The position numbers were made by a program, and so were the translations under genes. DNA of 64,000 bases from Styela clava. Taxonomy: Eukaryota. A model generated the notes under the pieces. It saw only the letters and a program-made list of their open reading frames with translations, had not been told where the DNA came from and made no database searches. This document shows positions 53,250 to 64,000 of this stretch, piece by piece (position 1 is the stretch's first letter; every line of letters begins with the position of its first letter). The stretch is taken from contig NC_135255.1 in assembly GCF_964204865.1 (NCBI RefSeq), positions 15,500,001-15,564,000 on the forward strand, written 5' to 3'.

Positions 53250-55400
53250 CCAGCGCATAGAACTGTTTGACTGTTTATCGTCAATATTAATAACCTCGAG
53301 CGTACAATCGTTCAGGCGACTCAACGTTAACTCCGAGTTGGCGATTTGCATCGCAAAGATCGAAGCAACTCATTCCGCATCGTTGGCGTCACACTCCACT
53401 CTGTCACTGGAGTGCGAGCTTTGGCAGCAGTGGATATAAACCACCAAAGCTAATGTCGACAAGCCATTTCAATTAAGATCAGCTGAGCTACCCAAAACTC
53501 GTATTTGGAATTAAAAAAGTTGATACATGTTATTCTGGAAAATTAGCCGTAGTCATCGAATGAGGGAAAAAAATTTCTTCGTCATCCGATAGCGGTCTGC
53601 AATTATTGTTACCACATTGATGTCTAAATAAACGAACCAGTGAAAATGCCCAGGCGTTGTCATTGCGACCATTTCTGTGAAACCTTGAATGACCTCGGAT
53701 CTCTTCCTTTCGTCCTTAGATGATTATAGACTCCTGTGCGCTTATCAATGAAACATTCTTATTCTGAGCCAATGCCTTCGCAGCGGTTTTTCATTTTTTA
53801 TTAATTATAGTCATAGTATAGAGTTATAAATAAGGTTGGTTTGCAACAGTATCAAATCGACAAAATATGACTTCGACCAGGTGTGTAACGTATATGCTGT
53901 GCCGTAACTGTTCTCCTCTTTTTCTGAAACATATTTGTTTGTTCTGCTGGATCTGCCGTATTGTGCGGAGGCTATCGCTCCTGATTGCCATCTCCGGGGC
54001 TACATGAAGTTTGAGAATTGCGACCTTGCTTCGGACAAAGATGCATAAAAGAGTCCAAGTTTTTTTGCCTCTAGTATGTTCTACATGGTACAGAGTGCGT
54101 GCGATTTCTTTGGAAATTGGAAAGTGTCTCTGCTAGCAGGTCTTCATTTCGTTTTGGGAAAGAAATATATAAAGTTATATTCCACGATTTGATGACAAAT
54201 CCTATTATCGAGGATGTCAACGTGGTAGTCAAGCCAGCGAAGTTGTGTAGTAGACACCTTTTGTGTTGTCCTGATATAGCGTGAGTATGATGCAAGCGCT
54301 GGAAAGTTAATCAATATATATGTTTAGGATGAAGGTTATCCCAGGGCTGGACTAATCATTAAGCAAAGTAAGCACGTGCTTGGGGCACCAAAGGAAAGGG
54401 GATACCGCAGAAATTTCCATAGTCGAATTTTCAATGGCGCCTCGGTTTTAATGAAATAGTTCGTTTTGATCTGAAGACTCGGAAACTCAATATTGGCCCG
54501 GTTAAAATTAAATTCTGCTTGTTTTTCGTTGTTCTCATGTATCATCTTAATTAAATCTAAATGAATGTTTGTAGGCACGAGAAATCGTGCAATTTGATCA
54601 TAATTTGGCCTTCAGTCAGTTGTTGAATACTGTTAAAAAGCGTCAATCGTTGAACGTTTACGGCATTTCACCAAGTTTAATACTGTTATATGGCGTCAGT
54701 CGTTGAACGTTTAAATAGCATTTCACCGTAACTTCATTACTGTTAAAAAAAAACGTCAGTCCCAGTCTAATGGGCGGCTAAGTCGCAGATACCACTTAAA
54801 ATTAATGACGGGAAACGACTCGAAGGGATAGGGCAACGTACAAAAAAATGTAGGCTATATGTTAACGGAAAAAAAAAAATTGCAACAATCACGCAAACAC
54901 GAATGTAGCAGGACGATCCACAGTTCCATTTTGCCGGTGGCATTCAACTAGCTTTATATCGGTAAAAAATTCACATCCCCAGAGGTAAGGCCACATATTC
55001 GCTCATCGTGTCTTTCGCAGCGTGAGACATAGTCTTGTAGCATTTTAAAGTATCTGGCTTCCGAATTTCGTGACCCCAAAAACGTTATCGTCAAATCGAC
55101 GCAAGTACGATTTCCCACACATTTTTAACAAAATATTTATATGTATATATATAAATTTATTTCGGCTCCCAAAGCGATGAAATAGCATATAATAACTCAC
55201 CGAGTTGACCATTTTAGTTAGGCCACTTCTTTAATATCATAATATTCTTGTTTACGACCACCCGAGTTGTAGCTTGGTGAAACCATCTGCTTTCCTAAAG
55301 CTTCTGCTGAAAAGTTAGAATCCGTTGAAATACGAAGCTCGAGGTATGTGGCAATGTGCTTTGTCTCCCTTATTATTTAATTCCGATGGGTTCACTCTGC
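53250..55400 (-). pseudogene. Decayed hAT transposase
   Basis: Broken minus-strand fragments in the expected N-to-C order: GGRKQEYYDIKEV (~55250), FFTDIKLVEC (~54960), TQLRWL...RICHQ...IYF (~54240-54160), YPLLPKLAL...ANDAE*VASIF...SRLNDCTLE (~53440-53290, dimerisation domain). Many stops and frameshifts. Confidence 0.55.
54628..54760. repeat. ~55-bp minisatellite (2.5 units) inside an insertion that splits the decayed transposase
   Basis: tactgtta...gcgtca.tcgttgaacgttta..gcatttcacc repeated. Confidence 0.7.
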
Positions 55401-57024
55401 TTAAAAATAATCGATAAATTTATTTCTTTAGCGGTGAATATAATTTCATATTTACATTTCGACCTCACTTGTTGGACATATCCGGCGTTATTTGCGCACC
55501 GACACTTGCAATTATATTACAACTTTCTGACGTAGCCCTCCACTTACTACTTAGTCCTTTTTCATTTCCCGATTGGTTATTACAGAGCACTCCCAGACTG
55601 AATGGCGATATCGTGAATAAATTGCTATATTTTTCTATATTGCTCTATCTCTTTACAGATTTAATTATAGATTACTTTATATGCTAGCAATACTATATAT
55701 ATATATATATATAACCTGATAATCAGAATTGTGCTACCGAAGAAAACGTATGCATTGAGGCACCCCGCACCTCTCCTTTTTGAAGAAGAAGAAACTTCAC
55801 AAGCAATGTTCATCAAGACATCTTGGGGAAATTGTAACAAGTTGTATTATATTATTAAATTGTTATGTTGGTTCCGTTCTTTTTGTTTGTATATATACAT
55901 TTTATCCGCAAATCGATATAAATATTATTTTCTAATAAAAGCAAGCTGTTGGGTGTGCATATTCTTATTCCTATTGCGCTGCATAACTGAAGAATACTTT
56001 GCAAAATCAAATGCGAGTGAGAAAATTTTATTGAGAATATAATTCATTCCCTAGTCGTCCTGTAGATTAACAGTCAAGCGCGGTATGCGACAAGCTAACC
56101 ATTTAGTGTTTACATGTGCATGGGATTGGGTAGTGGAAAAGCGTAGCTAACCAGTGGTTTGGTACATCAAGCTACAAGGCGAGCCGCCGTATTGTAGCGA
56201 TCAGCAGTGACTGTCGGGGAGACAAAAATCATCGACTTATGGTTCAGAGACGCGGCGAGATCAGAATAAAATTTCTGAATCTCGCATTTCTTATTGGGGT
56301 TTTAGAAATTATCCCAGGCGAGCGGAAGCCTATAACATGCGTGGTCATATAATATGTAACCTTTTCATTTGTATTATGGTACAGCATTTCAATACGCAAG
56401 ACACAGACAGGCGTGAATTCAGAAAAGATGCCTAAACAGTAAACTTCAATTGAGGTTTAAAGCAGGATACCTAGATCTGCATGCACTATCTCACATTCTA
56501 TATTATATACCGCGTAAAGCGTAGCGTAGTCGTTCCAGATACATGTTTTTGACTAATCATGGAAATGGGTCCCCTTAGTGTATTAAGTAGCTGCAGCATT
56601 TTTATAACTTTTCTCTTTCCCGGGATAAAAATGATAATATATCCCCATGTAGGGAATGGATGTAAATTGTAACGCCAATGTTCGTATATAGTGAAGTTGC
56701 ACGATCGAATTGAATCCAGCCAGATATATTGATAAATACACTTAAATCTTAATACCAGTTACACGGTTGAAATCCAAATCAGTAATTATGCAAATCATAA
56801 AAACACTAAATTTTCAACTCTTGAATGTAGGCTGGAAATTACGTCACAGATCGGTCGATACAAAAAAAATCTCTGCATAAGAAGTAAAGCCTTTACTACA
56901 ATAAATCACCATCAGGGTAATTGCTAAAATGACCTATTTTCGCAGAATTCAACATGCTATTAATATAAATGTGTTAAATGACATTAAACCCATAGTCATA
57001 TTCCACATATGCTACACCTATAAC

Positions 57025-57112
57025 CAGTAGTGGGATTCAGCCTGGTTTATTTACTAAAAAATATGACTTTTATGATAGAACCGGCTGACAAAAAATTTGA
57101 ATTCCTCCACTG
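57025..57112. mobile_element. Minimal 88-bp hAT MITE
   Basis: cagtagtgggattc / gaattcctccactg with perfect TSD cctataac. Confidence 0.8.
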
Positions 57113-57370
57113 CCTATAACATACATAAACATAGTAGGTGAGATAGGATTTGCAAATTGTCTCGAAAAAACCTGCACCTTTGTAAGGAACTAACATCTGT
57201 AAGATTTCACTCCGTCAACTTTCTAACTAATCCAAGTGATCGTTATTACATGAAAAGCTTCATATAAACTTCAATCACAGCACTAAAAAATTTCCTAAAA
57301 CATAATATAAATATTAAGCTCAGATCACCCACATGCTTATACACTACCAACAATAATTCAAAGAAGAATA

Positions 57371-58064
57371 GGACCTTCGGAAGTATGCGCACCAAGATGG
57401 CGCACAACCTTAACTCAGGTTGTGTACCAGGTTAGGGTTTGGGTTGTGCGACATCTTGGTGCGCATACTTTAGGAGTACCGAAAAATATATAAATACTCT
57501 TGAAACCAAATGGGAAGAATTCAGGCAGAAAGAAATGTAATGGCGGGTGGTGACGAATCTTTACGCTACCCGCGAAAGCTTCAAGTAATTAATTGAAAAA
57601 AAAATAAAACTCGTTACTTTTTTCAGTTAAGTTAATTTCAACTTGTAAGCTTTCGTGAGAATCTCAGCGAGCAATATGACTTGAGGTTTTGAAAAAGAAT
57701 TGCATCTCCGGACCTCCAGAAGTATGCGCACAACCTGAACATAGTATGTGCGTAACGGTTGGGATTCAGCTTGTGCGACATCTTGGTACGCATACTTCTG
57801 GAGCACCGCATCTCCTCCATTTATATATTTTTGAATATGCTCGCAATCCAGGTTGAACAAAACGGCGCTCTAGAGGTACGTGTACCAATATGGAGCTTAC
57901 TAATTTTGTTTGCCTACTTCACGTCAAGTTGTGTAGAGGGACTGTAACCTACTATATTCACTTGTCTACACAGACAGTCCCCGAACTCGTAATAGAACTA
58001 AAATGGAAAGTCTGAATGAAATTATGGCGTAACCCTAACCTGACACATATACCACTGGAGTACC
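57371..58064. repeat. Cluster of three family A/B MITEs
   Basis: Hairpins 57371-57480 and 57709-57808, and a family B copy 57864-58064 (ggcgctc...ggagtacc). Confidence 0.75.
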
Positions 58065-58327
58065 AATTTCTGTACCCACTTCCGAAGTCGAAGCGAAGCG
58101 GTCAAATCTGGTTATTCTCAAACGTGTAATAAAAATCACAATTAAACAACGCTATTTATTGTATCAGAAACAGTTTTATTAATTATTGCACAAAATTGAA
58201 AGATGAATATTTGAACCCAGAAGTCGTACATGCACGGAAAAATATATATGCACGGAATATATATTCATCATGATTGCTGTTATTGTATGCTTTATATAGA
58301 AAATCAAGTAGCAATCCATTCATAGAC

Positions 58328-62019
<3,692 letters not shown>

Positions 62020-64000
62020 CTGTTTGAAAACAAAGTATTATATAAAAACATTGCAGAATACTGTTGTAGGTTAATGAATATGTTTAGAACCATTGGACAA
62101 ATTATTTTATTGTTCAACTATTTCGATATGAACATCGTACCGAAGTCATTCCAGAGTGTGCCTTCACTGATATATCATTGATGAGCGTACATGGGTTGAC
62201 CCATAACATTTAAAATCAAGATAGCATGATTGCAGAGATAAAAATCCACACAACATCAAATTTCTGGCCATTTTACCAGGCCGAATTGCTCCAGGTCGAT
62301 GGAGATTTTAATTGTTCGAATTTCAATAAAACTGATTAATGAAACCAACGAACCTCGACTTCATAGGCCTGGTTATAGGATACCTATGGCCAGAATATTA
62401 TAATTATATCCAACAAATCTCAATCCAAACCTTTTCCGTATTTATTTGAAAATATTAAAATGAGCAATGCTATGTCAAGCAGTGTTAACTCTAAGCAAAT
62501 TATGAGTGCGAAAGTGCTTCGCAGTCGAAAAAAAAAGTGCGAAAGTGCTTTTGCCGATTTTAACAAGTTAGGTGCCCTAGCCTTCCATATAACCCATTTA
62601 AAACGGCATAGATACTCGAAAAAGCGCTCCTCCGGTTAATATTATGAATTAAAGAGAAGCCTTTTCCAGTTCCCTTTAAGCGAATTTGTGTTTAATCAAA
62701 ACAAGCGAATTCATCGGCAACGAAATGACATCTGCTAACACCTGCCCTGACAAAACTTTCATGCAATGTATCACGGTGTCAGTTGCTTACTCGCGTAAAC
62801 AGCAAAGACTTCACATTTGTTACTCCTTCCATCTAACAGACACGAGGCAGGCTGGAAACCATATTAGTTACAGGGTGGATCGTTTGTACAAATCCCGTGC
62901 AAAATAAATCCCCCCCCCCCAAATATAATAGCAATCAACTAATTAGGGTTAGGTGCGCTGGAAATTCAACTTTTCGATTTACCCCTAAACCTAATCTGAT
63001 AAATATTAATTTGTGATTTTGAACCACTTTGAAAGTCGCCACCCACTGTTTTGAAAGATAGGTTAACCTACGTTCCCTCCGAAAATATTACTGCAAGATT
63101 ATTATATATTACCCTGTTTTAGGAGATAGGTTGACCTACTCTTTCAAACTTTTTTCTCCGAAATATTACACAAGATCACTTTGAAAATCCTCCGTTTCGT
63201 GAGCTAGCGTGACCTAATTTCTCATTTACATTTATATTATACTATTTCAGAGCTTACCCAAAGACAAGTAATTTTTATATGTCGACATGCCTTGGTTTGC
63301 ATGCGAGTTAGTTTAAATCGGGCAGAAAACATCATATATTGGCAAAATGTTTAGTAATGTCATGTACTTTCAGCATTCATAAATAGCACTCTTTGTAATG
63401 CTGCTGACCTAGTATCAAATATTCGCATCACAACGCCACTTGCGAGGTTTCCATATATTGCAATTACACTAATAGGAACGATGACACCAAAGAGTTTTCT
63501 TTTGCTAAGGTACACTAAATATAAAGGGTGATTCTTGAGAAAAACATGAATATAAAAAATAAACGAATGATATGATAGTGGATCCCAAATAATTTTGAGA
63601 GTGTCTCGAAATACCAATCCATTTGATAAATAATTTTTATTCGACCACATGACCGCTGATATCCTGAAAAATAATGTTGAAAAAGAATTACGCATTCTCA
63701 GATATCGGACATCCAGTCGCGATATTCAATCGTTTATATGCACAAATCTCACATTAATAGTAATTGCTACCCAAGTTTGTGAAGTTTAGAAACCAACAAA
63801 CAGAAAATAACTTATCCTAAAACACAATTAAAATTCAGTCGGCAATAAATTCGTCGCCAAGACGATGCCATACAAAACAAAAAGATTTGGTCGCGAGAGT
63901 TACGTGCGTTGTTTTTTAAGCAGAATGTAAAATTTTTTATAATAAACGGGAGTTACGACGCCCTTTACACATCGTGTTTATTAAACTTTCCTGGTAAGTA

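Overview
AT-rich, intron-rich animal genomic DNA. Gene content, compact introns and repeat types suggest an invertebrate chordate such as an ascidian, but the species cannot be proven from the sequence. Five protein-coding genes were reconstructed by hand from splice signals and reading phase: the last three exons of a p190 RhoGAP (+, 2370-4404); a complete 8-exon MINPP1-like histidine acid phosphatase (-, 9350-15010); an APEX2 with an intronless CDS (+, 24680-26374); a 29-coding-exon YLPM1 (+, 27113-51004, ~1685 aa); and the last seven exons of PEX6 (-, 58328-62019). Introns and intergenic DNA are full of non-autonomous DNA transposons (hAT with 8-bp TSDs, a piggyBac deletion derivative, palindromic MITEs), tRNA-derived SINEs and decayed tRNA copies. 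The standout observations are four. (1) APEX2 sits between a putative non-coding first exon and the first coding exon of YLPM1, each behind its own 3' splice acceptor, suggesting a shared-promoter/alternative-acceptor locus or a trans-spliced operon. (2) A 2.8-kb foldback element built from ~350-bp modules, with a perfect 9-bp TSD, lies just upstream of that promoter. (3) The MINPP1 has a hydrophobic C-terminal anchor instead of an ER-retention signal, and HSTT instead of HAET. (4) Candidate poison or micro-exons lie in the YLPM1 intron upstream of the PP1-docking motif exons. All coordinates were read by eye; no searches or computations were run.
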